This document shows, piece by piece, positions 9,583 through 17,731 of a stretch of 64,000 nucleotides of DNA (its first letter is position 1; every line of letters begins with the position of its first letter). The DNA is taken from positions 274,733 through 338,732 of the forward strand of contig CAZAAL010000001.1 of the NCBI GenBank assembly GCA_964483315.1, given 5' to 3'. The DNA is from an uncultured Candidatus Saccharibacteria bacterium (lineage in GTDB: Bacteria > Patescibacteriota > Saccharimonadia > Saccharimonadales > UBA10212). The position numbers were made by a program, and so were the translations under genes. The notes below the pieces were generated by a model. That model was not told the origin of the DNA and ran no database searches. It was given only the letters and a program-made list of their open reading frames with translations.

Positions 9583-10352
9583 AAAATAGCCCATATTGGT
9601 CAATAAATAACACGCTGATTTTAATTCAGCGCAGTATCAAACACATAATCAAAAACCCCGATCAGCTTTTGGGTGCGTTTTTACAGCCAATTATGTTTAC
9701 CATTTTATTCCGTTATGTTTTTGGTGGAGCAATTGAGGCTGAAGGCACAACCTATGTCAACTTTTTAATGGCTGGAATATTAATCCAAACCATAGCATTC
9801 GGGGCAACGATTACCGCAATAAACCTGGCAGCTGATTTACAACGTGGTTTTGTTGATAGGCTAAGGTCACTACCAATTTTTGCGCCAGGTTTAATTGTTG
9901 GTCATATCGTTGCCGATACCGTCCGTAACCTGATATCCGCGCTCATAATGGTGGCTATCGGATATTTGGTTGGCTTTAGGCCAACAGCTGATTTATCAGA
10001 CTGGATAATGGTTACACTACTAATTATTGTCTTTTCGATGGCAATATCTTCAATGTCGTCAATCTTAGGATTACTAGCAAAAAGTGTCGAGGCCGTTCAG
10101 TGGATGACATTTTTAATTATCTTTCCGCTAACCTTTGTATCAAGCGCTTTTGTTCCAACTAGTACTATGCCATCAGCTCTAAGGGTTTTTGCCGATAACC
10201 AACCCATAACCCAGGTTATTGGTGCAACTAGGTCATGGCTAGTCGGTACACCAATGGGCGATTACGCCTGGAAGTCGTTTTTATGGTGCTTTATTATCAT
10301 GGCCGTAACCTTGCCAATTACCGCCTGGCTATATAAACGCCGTTCAGTTTAG
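9579..10352 (+). CDS. ABC-2 type transporter permease
   Basis: Six predicted TM helices. Translationally coupled (4-nt overlap) to the ATPase gene. Confidence 0.85.
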   Translation: MKNSPYWSINNTLILIQRSIKHIIKNPDQLLGAFLQPIMFTILFRYVFGGAIEAEGTTYVNFLMAGILIQTIAFGATITAINLAADLQRGFVDRLRSLPIFAPGLIVGHIVADTVRNLISALIMVAIGYLVGFRPTADLSDWIMVTLLIIVFSMAISSMSSILGLLAKSVEAVQWMTFLIIFPLTFVSSAFVPTSTMPSALRVFADNQPITQVIGATRSWLVGTPMGDYAWKSFLWCFIIMAVTLPITAWLYKRRSV

Positions 10353-11557
10353 TTTACAAAAGTTAGGGCGTGACCAATTCGACCAGCACGGCCGGTACGG
10401 CCAATTCGGTGAATGTAATCGTCATAGGTTTGGGGTGTCGAATAATTGATTACGTGTGTGATATCAATTACATCGATTCCACGTGCAGCCACATCGGTAG
10501 CCACTAAAATTTTTATATCACTATCTTTAAATCGTTTTAGTGCGCGTTGGCGTTGGCCTTGGCTTTTTCCGCCATGAATAGCATCTGCCGGGAAGCCTCG
10601 GGCAATGAGTTCTTTACTTAAGCGTTCGACGCTACGTTGGGTTTCGTCAAAAACAATTACCTTAGATACGTGTGGTTCATTTAATATGTTGTGTAGCTTA
10701 TCCATCTTTTCGTTTGATGTGGCGTACTTAACAATATCTTGGTTAACGTTTTCGCTGGTTGGTGTTGTACTAACCGTAATTGTGACTGGGTTGTTCGAAA
10801 AAGTGTGGATTAGCTCATTAACCTTGTAGTCAAGCGTTGCCGAAAAAAAGTATGACTGTCTTTGGCTGGCAAGTTGGCCTAAAATGCTTCGGACATCATT
10901 TATAAAGCCCATATCAAGCATTCGATCTACCTCATCGAGCACCACATTATCAAAACCGTTTAGCTTTAAGCTTCCGCGCTCGATATGGTCCTTAATACGG
11001 CCAGGCGTGCCAATTACAATTGATGGATTGGCTCGTAAATCTCTAAGTTGCGGGGAGATGTTTGAGCCACCAATTAAAATTGCGCCAGTTAGGCCACTGC
11101 CTTTGGCGATTGATTTACATTCTTGTTCGATTTGTTGAGCCAGCTCGCGTGTTGGAGCAATAATTAGCGCCCTTGAAGACCTAGAATTAATTAACTTGTT
11201 AAGTATCGGTACGGCAAAGGCGGCGGTTTTACCGGTGCCGGTGTTGGCAACACCAATAACATCTTTGCCCTCGAGCCCTACTACAATCGTTTTATCCTGA
11301 ATTGGCGAAGGCGTTATGTAGCCTTTGGCCGATAGGTTAGATTTTATAAGCGGGTTAACATTAAAATCTTCAAAAGTATGTACGGGGATATAATCCTCGC
11401 TAGCTGTGGGGTTAGCTTTTTTGATAAATTTTGCAGGGTCAATATACTGGCCTCGCCCTTTTTTAACAGTTAGCTGATTGTTGCGTCTGCCATTAAATGA
11501 TCGGCTACTATATACACTGCGTGATGAACTCGAACTTCGATTTTGTCGATATGACAT
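10349..11557 (-). CDS. DEAD-box ATP-dependent RNA helicase (DEVD variant) with Ser/Arg-rich N-terminus
   Basis: Motifs NTGTGKTAAF, PTRELA, VLDEVD, SAT, ARGIDV and HRIGRTGRAG. Confidence 0.92.
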   Translation of the reverse strand: MSYRQNRSSSSSRSVYSSRSFNGRRNNQLTVKKGRGQYIDPAKFIKKANPTASEDYIPVHTFEDFNVNPLIKSNLSAKGYITPSPIQDKTIVVGLEGKDVIGVANTGTGKTAAFAVPILNKLINSRSSRALIIAPTRELAQQIEQECKSIAKGSGLTGAILIGGSNISPQLRDLRANPSIVIGTPGRIKDHIERGSLKLNGFDNVVLDEVDRMLDMGFINDVRSILGQLASQRQSYFFSATLDYKVNELIHTFSNNPVTITVSTTPTSENVNQDIVKYATSNEKMDKLHNILNEPHVSKVIVFDETQRSVERLSKELIARGFPADAIHGGKSQGQRQRALKRFKDSDIKILVATDVAARGIDVIDITHVINYSTPQTYDDYIHRIGRTGRAGRIGHALTFVN

Positions 11558-11657
11558 AAAAAAAGAATCCTTTGATTATTTAATTTGTAATTTGATTGTC
11601 GCTAATGAAATCAAGTACAAACCAAACATCCCGGATTCATCAATAACAATTAAAATA

Positions 11658-11686
11658 ATTTTAGCACGATATATTTTACTTGTCAA
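11658..11686 (-). promoter_or_regulatory. sigma70-type promoter of the DEAD-box helicase gene
   Basis: The minus strand reads TTGACA-17 nt-TAAAAT. This implies a ~90-100 nt 5' UTR. Confidence 0.5.
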
Positions 11687-11730
11687 ATTACCATAAGTGC
11701 AATTATCCTTTAATCAATTTTTTCGATATA

Positions 11731-12357
11731 TCAGTAGAGCTGAGATATTGAACCGTTAGGGTTTTTTATCCATGGTTGATCTCCTGAATCTGTTGCACAC
11801 TGACTTACAAATTCTTCATAGATTAAGCCACCGTTCTTACTTTTGCAAACAGGGCCATTCAGAGTCTCCTCATCCCAACTACCCTTAGGATTTAAAACCC
11901 AAATTGCCGGGGCACCACCGATATAACTGCTAGTCTTATCCACGGAAGTGTTACCTCCACGTATATTAACATCACTAATTAAGGATATCTTATATATATT
12001 TATGTAATCTTTGTTTGTAGTAAATACGTTATTTTTTAGTACATCAGTCATGTATGATTTAAAACTTGCCGGAGTGAATTCTGGTAATTTGCTTACATCA
12101 TCCGGTGTTTGGAGTGTAATATCAACTTCTTTTATATATGGACTTTTCGTAACATTTTCATCAACCGCCTTGGGTTGATTTCCGGTAGCATTTATATATT
12201 TTTCGGTGGTCACGCTATTACTTTTATCTGCATTGTTTAAAGTCTCGGTTGTTTGCTTATTGGAAGTGTATACATAAAATCCAACTCCGGATACTATCCC
12301 TACAACTACTACAAGAAGTATGATCTGCAAGACTCCAAAACCTTTAGTCGATTTCAT
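11731..12357 (-). CDS. hypothetical secreted/anchored protein
   Basis: N-terminal TM anchor (VLQIILLVVVVGIVSGVGFYVY). No recognisable domain. Confidence 0.55.
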   Translation of the reverse strand: MKSTKGFGVLQIILLVVVVGIVSGVGFYVYTSNKQTTETLNNADKSNSVTTEKYINATGNQPKAVDENVTKSPYIKEVDITLQTPDDVSKLPEFTPASFKSYMTDVLKNNVFTTNKDYINIYKISLISDVNIRGGNTSVDKTSSYIGGAPAIWVLNPKGSWDEETLNGPVCKSKNGGLIYEEFVSQCATDSGDQPWIKNPNGSISQLY

Positions 12358-12480
12358 AATGCTAATTATGCACCTTCAACGAAAAAATGCCATATTAACT
12401 TAAGCTTTAAATCTCATAAGTAGAGGCTAGACTAAACTAGTTAGCATAATTATTATGTTTATGTTATAATAATTATACGA

Positions 12481-12874
12481 GGGGCTGAATTTAAGCTCGA
12501 CGAATGGACTTTAACAATCTTGATGGCAGGTCGGGTCGCACTGAACGTTATCCGGTGCACAGGCTATAAATGCCAAAAATAGTTTAAGCGACATGGTTGA
12601 TCGAGTTTTCGCTCAACGTGGCGCTCTAGCTGTAGCCTAATTATTTAAGCTACCATCGACTGGCTGACGTCAGATAGGACTCAGTCGGTGTTATATTTAT
12701 CTGACTGCTCTAAGCTGTGGTAGACCGCCGTAGCATAGTTAAGATTATTGGACTGCACCCTATCCTGTTTTGATCGTTTATAGGGGCAGGGCTAAGCAAT
12801 TTAAACGATACAAACCTGTAGTCATCAAGCGTGTTACCAATCGGACGTGGGGGCAGTACCCACCAGCTCCACCA
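12481..12874 (+). ncRNA. ssrA: tmRNA (SsrA)
   Basis: 5' GGGGCTGA. The 3' tRNA-like end is GGACGTGGGGGCAGTACCCACCAGCTCCACCA. An internal tag ORF at 12572-12640 encodes AKNSLSDMVDRVFAQRGALAVA* (typical ...ALAVA end). A TATAAT box lies at 12465-12470. Confidence 0.87.
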
Positions 12875-12879
12875 AAAAT

Positions 12880-12905
12880 GCATCAGTTTATACTGGTGCT
12901 TTTTT
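12880..12905 (+). terminator. intrinsic terminator after tmRNA
   Basis: 7-bp stem GCATCAG/CTGGTGC (one G:U pair), 6-nt loop, then TTTTTT. Confidence 0.7.
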
Positions 12906-12924
12906 GATTGGTATAATTTAGCTA

Positions 12925-13995
12925 GTGTTAAAAAAATATTTTGAGGTTTATTGGTGGGTTTTGCCAGTGGTATTTATAACCGGTAGTATTTTAGCTTCTG
13001 CCACAATAATCAAACAAAGCCAAGACACCAAGACTACATACGAATTTGTTGAGTGCACTGGTCAGCAGTCCGCTGACTTTAAATGCTGGAAGAGCCGTTA
13101 TGAAGCTTTGGTTATGAATAAATCACCCGAAGAAGCTCTAGCAAGCGCCGAGCAAGAAAGTAATAAGGGCGGATATGTTCGAACAAATTGCCACCAAATA
13201 GCCCATGTTATAGGCAGACAATCTGCTAAAAAATACAGCCTGAACCTAACAACAACGTTTGAGCATGGTAACAAATTTTGCGCATCTGGCTACTATCACG
13301 GAGCAATGGAGTCAATCACAGCAAACGTTGGACCAGACAAAATTAGGGCTGAAATTTCAGACATTTGTAAACCGTTAAGGGATAAAAACCCCTATAACCT
13401 TGTCCATTACGATTGTGCGCATGGCCTTGGACACGGTGTAATGTCGATGGAAAATTATGATCTATTTAAAGCACTTGAAGATTGCGAAAAAATGGCAGAT
13501 ATGTGGGAAAGCGAATCGTGTAGCACCGGGGTGTTTATGGAAAACATTATGAGTATCGTAAATAACCCTGATTATAAAACAAAATATTTAAGATCAGACG
13601 AGCCTATGTATCCATGTACGGCTGTTAATGACAGACAAAAAAGCCCATGCTATATAAATCAAACTTCGTACGCTTTAACAGCAGTTGGCGGAAGCTATGA
13701 AAAGGTTTTTGAGCTATGTAGCCAAGCTGGCAATTTTGAATCGACATGTTATCAAAGTTTGGGGCGGGACGCATCGGGCAACACTATTCAAAACCCTGAT
13801 CAGGCGAACCAGATTTGCCAAAAAGGCGTCAATAACGAACAGGTCGTAAATTGTGTGATTGGTGCTGTTAAAGATATTGTGTGGATTGGCAACAGTAAGC
13901 CAAATGGCTTAGTATTTTGTGCTTTACAAAACGAAGTTAGCATCGAACAAACTTGCAACGAAACGGTAGAGGCTTATTATGCGAGCTTTAACTAA
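12925..13995 (+). CDS. hypothetical Cys/His-rich membrane-anchored protein
   Basis: GTG start 7 nt after a TGgTATAAT box. N-terminal TM helix. Recurrent C-x2-3-G-x2-HG-like motifs (CHQIAHVIG, CASGYYHGAM, CAHGLGHGVM, CSTGVFM). Confidence 0.6.
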   Translation: MLKKYFEVYWWVLPVVFITGSILASATIIKQSQDTKTTYEFVECTGQQSADFKCWKSRYEALVMNKSPEEALASAEQESNKGGYVRTNCHQIAHVIGRQSAKKYSLNLTTTFEHGNKFCASGYYHGAMESITANVGPDKIRAEISDICKPLRDKNPYNLVHYDCAHGLGHGVMSMENYDLFKALEDCEKMADMWESESCSTGVFMENIMSIVNNPDYKTKYLRSDEPMYPCTAVNDRQKSPCYINQTSYALTAVGGSYEKVFELCSQAGNFESTCYQSLGRDASGNTIQNPDQANQICQKGVNNEQVVNCVIGAVKDIVWIGNSKPNGLVFCALQNEVSIEQTCNETVEAYYASFN

Positions 13996-14362
13996 ACTAA
14001 GTTTTAACACTAAACTTGCAATAAACATTTTGTGTTTGGCATTTGGGCTTTTGCTAATTGCTGGCAGTTTGTATATCGCTCAAAACAAAGACGATACAGA
14101 AACCCCTGCCGTAGATAGCTCACAAATTATATCTAAAGAATCGCTAGAAAAAGCAAATGGCCAAAATGGCAACGAGTGTTTGGTCGCAATTGACAGAACA
14201 GTTTACAAAATCGAGGGATCAGACTTATGGAAAAACGGCGAACACACCACCTCGAATGGGTTAGCATACTGCGGAAAAGATTTAACAGAAGTTTTAAAAC
14301 AATCGCCGCACGGTCGTACTAAGTTAGAACAACTTGAAAAAATCGGCCAACTAGATCAGTAG
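13979..14362 (+). CDS. cytochrome b5-like heme/steroid-binding domain protein, TM-anchored
   Basis: LEKANGQNGNECLVAIDRTVYKIEGSDLWKNGEH...GKDLTEVLKQSPHG resembles the small bacterial cyt-b5-like domain family. It overlaps the previous gene by 17 nt. Confidence 0.55.
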   Translation: MRALTKLSFNTKLAINILCLAFGLLLIAGSLYIAQNKDDTETPAVDSSQIISKESLEKANGQNGNECLVAIDRTVYKIEGSDLWKNGEHTTSNGLAYCGKDLTEVLKQSPHGRTKLEQLEKIGQLDQ

Positions 14363-14365
14363 AAT

Positions 14366-14394
14366 TTGCTAAAATACTCATTATTTGGTATAAT
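14366..14394 (+). promoter_or_regulatory. sigma70-type promoter giving a leaderless transcript
   Basis: TTGCTA-17 nt-TATAAT (extended TGg). The -10 box ends 8 nt before the ATG at 14403, and there is no Shine-Dalgarno sequence. Confidence 0.55.
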
Positions 14395-14402
14395 ATAGTT
14401 AT

Positions 14403-15326
14403 ATGACAGAGCATTTATTCCCCGACGAGGGAGGCCAATTTGATATTGACGCGCTAGCTGACAGATCATTAGAAGATATTAGGCCACTACTTTCAGATAT
14501 AGAGGAAGAACTAAGGCGGGCTGGACATGATTCCGAAGAATCTAAATCTGAACTACCGCCCGAGATCGATATTTCGGAGTGGTTAGCTGAATTACAAAAA
14601 AGAGAAACAGAATCGCATATAAAACCGATTAGGGAAAGACTTCGCCAAATCGGCTTACATGACCCTGACAGTTTAACTTCTCATGAGGTGTCTAGACTTG
14701 ATTCCGATAGCATTCTTCAAATAGACCAACGAAATATAGAAAGCTTATTTTATTTTAGCTCCATAAAATCAGGTAAAATGCTCGGTAGAAATTACCCGGT
14801 CACTTGGAGTACTCTTAGGCAACAGATTTATAGTTTGGGAGATGAAAATAGCTACCGTAAAAGTGTAGATCTGGACATGTTCCAACTTCAGGAATGGGTA
14901 AACGCCCAAAACTACTTGATTGGCATAGGTGTTGACCCACAAGATTTAGCCAAACTGACCGGTTCGGGAGAAAACTGTGAAAAACGCCCCGAGGCTAAGC
15001 AAAACGCCAACCGACTGTCGTATTTGTTGCAATCTGAACCGATACTCAAAGACTTTGTTGTCGCTCTACCAGGCTGGACTGAAAAAAGAGGTAAACCTAC
15101 TGTTCACAAAGCCAGTAAAATGGCGCTGGTAGTGCTGAGACTTAAAACTGAAAGAATACAAAAGCAAAAAAAATATTCAATCTACAAAAATGAATTTGAT
15201 GCAGTTGATGAAGAGGTGTACAAAATAACCCTCAAAAGACTCCAGGCAAAAACTAACATTGCAAAATTAATAATTGATAGTACTTCTTACAAAAGCGCGG
15301 ATGCTTTTCTTAAAGAATTTTCATAA
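14403..15326 (+). CDS. hypothetical protein (acidic N-terminus)
   Basis: Long ORF with local codon usage. No recognisable domain. Confidence 0.6.
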   Translation: MTEHLFPDEGGQFDIDALADRSLEDIRPLLSDIEEELRRAGHDSEESKSELPPEIDISEWLAELQKRETESHIKPIRERLRQIGLHDPDSLTSHEVSRLDSDSILQIDQRNIESLFYFSSIKSGKMLGRNYPVTWSTLRQQIYSLGDENSYRKSVDLDMFQLQEWVNAQNYLIGIGVDPQDLAKLTGSGENCEKRPEAKQNANRLSYLLQSEPILKDFVVALPGWTEKRGKPTVHKASKMALVVLRLKTERIQKQKKYSIYKNEFDAVDEEVYKITLKRLQAKTNIAKLIIDSTSYKSADAFLKEFS

Positions 15327-15469
15327 ACTTTAGTGTTGTGCATTTTTTGCTCCTGATGTATAAAAGTAGTATGGTTTCGAAGATGATTATCAGCATTCTC
15401 ATTGTCGCGCGAGCGGCCTAACTGCTGATGTCCTAGAATTTTAACCAACCAGTTTAATCAAAAACAAAT

Positions 15470-15494
15470 CCGGACACAGCAGTCCGGTTTTTTT
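15470..15494 (+). terminator. intrinsic terminator
   Basis: CCGGAC-acagca-GTCCGG followed by TTTTTTT. It lies ~145 nt downstream of the stop at 15326. Confidence 0.75.
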
Positions 15495-15653
15495 GTTGCT
15501 CCCGCATAAGTCTTAAAAATTTAAGGTTTTAGCGGGGGTCAGCTTGGGCCAACGGACGTGACAGCGATCCTGCACGGTCGCCAAGCGGCCCCACCAATTG
15601 CCTGATTGCCTAGACGTGATCGGGTTGTACAACACAACTAGGGAGGAGGCGGT

Positions 15654-15836
15654 ATGCACGGTGAGTGCGATATGGTCGAAGCAGCCTTTGAGTGCTGGCT
15701 CGAAGGGGATCATGCTGGCTACCTTCGCTGGCAGAAGGAATACCTCGATTGCGGGCTTTCGATAGTGGACTTCAACAGGGAGTTCAAGAAGCTTCAAGAC
15801 GAAGCTCGTGTGACGATTATCTCTCAAGTTCACTGA
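15654..15836 (+). CDS. small hypothetical protein (60 aa) inside a GC-rich islet
   Basis: ATG preceded by GGGAGGAGG. G/C-biased third codon positions, unlike the neighbouring genes. Followed by a 12-bp GC hairpin (GGTGGTGGCGGG...CCCGCCACCACC). Confidence 0.4.
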   Translation: MHGECDMVEAAFECWLEGDHAGYLRWQKEYLDCGLSIVDFNREFKKLQDEARVTIISQVH

Positions 15837-15917
15837 GGAGCCGTACCTCTTCTTGGTGGTGGCGGGCAATACAAACCCGCCACCACCTCCCCTTAAAACC
15901 AGCTATAATAAGTATTA

Positions 15918-16090
15918 TGAAAACAGCAGTATATGTTGGGGCGGGGATTGGCGGATTTATAGGTGGTTTAATACCTGTTTTATTTGGTGATACAAGCTTT
16001 ATGTCAAGCTGGAGTATATTAACCAGTTTGATTGGAGGGTTAGTTGGGATTTATCTAGGATATAAGGTTGCAAAATATGCAGAAGGATAG
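15918..16090 (+). CDS. small glycine-zipper membrane protein (57 aa)
   Basis: Internal ATG of track ORF 15692-16090. The upstream part of that ORF runs through the GC islet and looks non-coding. Sequence MKTAVYVGAGIGGFIGGLIPVLFG...LIGGLVGIYLGY. Confidence 0.5.
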
Positions 16091-16250
16091 CGAAAAAGAT
16101 TTAAAATGCCAAGAAAAACTAGTCTTTGATAGTCAAAAACAGGCAAACGCCACAGCCACTACTCTAAATTATCTCAAAAGCGCAAAACTTAGGCCATATA
16201 AATGCAAAAACTGCGGGCTTTGGCACTTAACAAGTAGTTTTGACACCTAA
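16068..16250 (+). CDS. small hypothetical protein with C-terminal CxxC motif
   Basis: YKCKNCGLWHLTS at the C-terminus. Overlaps both neighbours. No family assigned. Confidence 0.4.
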   Translation: MQNMQKDSEKDLKCQEKLVFDSQKQANATATTLNYLKSAKLRPYKCKNCGLWHLTSSFDT

Positions 16251-16272
16251 AAACCATTACAATAGAAGCAAT

Positions 16273-17730
16273 ATGAGCAAATATTATTTAACAACCTCAA
16301 TCCCATACATCAATGGCGACCCGCACCTTGGGCATGGCATGGAGTTTGTTATGGGCGATGTTTTAGCTAGATACGCCAGACAGCAAGGTAGCGAGGTTAT
16401 ATTTAGCATTGGGACAGACGAGCATGGCGGTAAAATTGCCGAAAAAGCCAAAGAGTTGGGTAAAACCCCGCAGTCTTTTGCTGATGAAATGAGTCAAAAA
16501 TTTGTTGAGCTAGCCAAAAGACTCGATGTTACTAACGATCGATTTATTAGAACGACTTCAAAAGAGCATTCGGCAAGGGCTCAGATTGTCTGGAAGAACT
16601 TGTCAAAAGACATATACAAAGGTAAATATATTGGTCTTTATTGTACGGGGTGCGAGGAATATGTAACCGAAGAAACAGCCAAAGCCAACAAGGGTATATG
16701 CCCGCATCACAATAAACCATACGAAAAACTTGAAGAAGAAAATTACTTCTTTGCCTTAAGCCGGTATAACGAACAAATCAAAAAAGCAATTACCGAGTCA
16801 ACCTTTTTAGTTTTACCATCAACAAAACGTAACGAAATACTATCGGTAATCAATCAAGGCCTAGAGGATATCAGTATAAGCCGTCCAAAAAGCAAACTTT
16901 CGTGGGGTATTCCGGTACCAAACGATGCTGATCAGGTTATGTACGTTTGGTTTGAAGCAGTTTTAAACTACATTACTGTTTTGGGGTACCCAGAAGCTGA
17001 GGACTTTAAAAGCTATTGGCCAGCCAATGTGCAGATTATTGGTAAGGATATAGTTAGGTTTCATGCGGCTATTTTGCCAGGCATTTTATTGGCGCTAGGG
17101 TTACCTTTGGCTAAAGCGTTGTATGTGCACGGATTTATTAATATCGACGGCAAAAAAATGAGCAAATCGCTTGGCAACTATGTATCTCCTGACGATGTGA
17201 TTGAAAAATATTCATCAGATGTGTTTAGGTACTTTTTCTTAAGGCATATACCAAGTTACGAAGACGGTGACTTTACTTGGGAAAGGTTGGATTCGGCCTA
17301 CAACAATGAACTTGCTGATCAACTTGGTAATGCGGTCAGCCGAACTGCGGTCATGGTGCAGAAATATCAAACTGGCTTAGTCGGCGATATTCCGGATGTT
17401 GGACATGATCTTGGGCCATACCAACAAGCTTTAGCTGAATGTCGCTTTGATCGAGCACTCGATGAAGTTTTTGAACGAGTTAAAGGTGTTAACCAATATA
17501 TAGACGAAGAAAAGCCTTGGGTAATCGCCAAAGAAAAGGACCTTGACCACCTAAGGGAGGTGTTAGCATTTACTACGGCAAGCTTACTTGAGATTGCCGT
17601 GATGCTTGAGCCGTTTATGCCAGAAACCGCTGACAAAATTAAAAAAATTTTTGGCGATGGTTTTGTAAGACCAATGGAAGGCACGTTGTTCCCAAAAGCG
17701 GACAAAAATCTACCAAAGACAGGTGAATAA
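16273..17730 (+). CDS. metG: methionine--tRNA ligase (short form, no C-terminal tRNA-binding domain)
   Basis: Start placed at the ATG 16273 (MSKYYLTTSIPYINGDPHLGH carries the HIGH motif). KMSKS motif present, with a CxxC...CPHH zinc knuckle. Confidence 0.93.
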   Translation: MSKYYLTTSIPYINGDPHLGHGMEFVMGDVLARYARQQGSEVIFSIGTDEHGGKIAEKAKELGKTPQSFADEMSQKFVELAKRLDVTNDRFIRTTSKEHSARAQIVWKNLSKDIYKGKYIGLYCTGCEEYVTEETAKANKGICPHHNKPYEKLEEENYFFALSRYNEQIKKAITESTFLVLPSTKRNEILSVINQGLEDISISRPKSKLSWGIPVPNDADQVMYVWFEAVLNYITVLGYPEAEDFKSYWPANVQIIGKDIVRFHAAILPGILLALGLPLAKALYVHGFINIDGKKMSKSLGNYVSPDDVIEKYSSDVFRYFFLRHIPSYEDGDFTWERLDSAYNNELADQLGNAVSRTAVMVQKYQTGLVGDIPDVGHDLGPYQQALAECRFDRALDEVFERVKGVNQYIDEEKPWVIAKEKDLDHLREVLAFTTASLLEIAVMLEPFMPETADKIKKIFGDGFVRPMEGTLFPKADKNLPKTGE

Positions 17731-17731
17731 T

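Noticed and set aside
15513-15869. The minus-strand 118-aa ORF, and the 5' part of the plus-strand ORF 15692-16090, across the GC islet.
   Set aside because: Open frames are expected by chance in GC-rich DNA. There is no RBS and the sequences look implausible. Only the C-terminal 57 codons (15918-16090) have a start context and a membrane-protein sequence.
15500-15900. The GC-rich islet as RNase P RNA (the right size, about 370 nt, and a GC island in an AT-leaning genome).
   Set aside because: Neither strand has the universal blocks I checked for: GAGGAAAGUCCGGGC, GGUAAGAGCGCACC-type or ACAGAACCCGGCUUA. Only a fortuitous AAGUCC occurs on the minus strand. A strongly SD-led ORF fits the plus strand better. 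It is kept as an unexplained islet, not called as rnpB.
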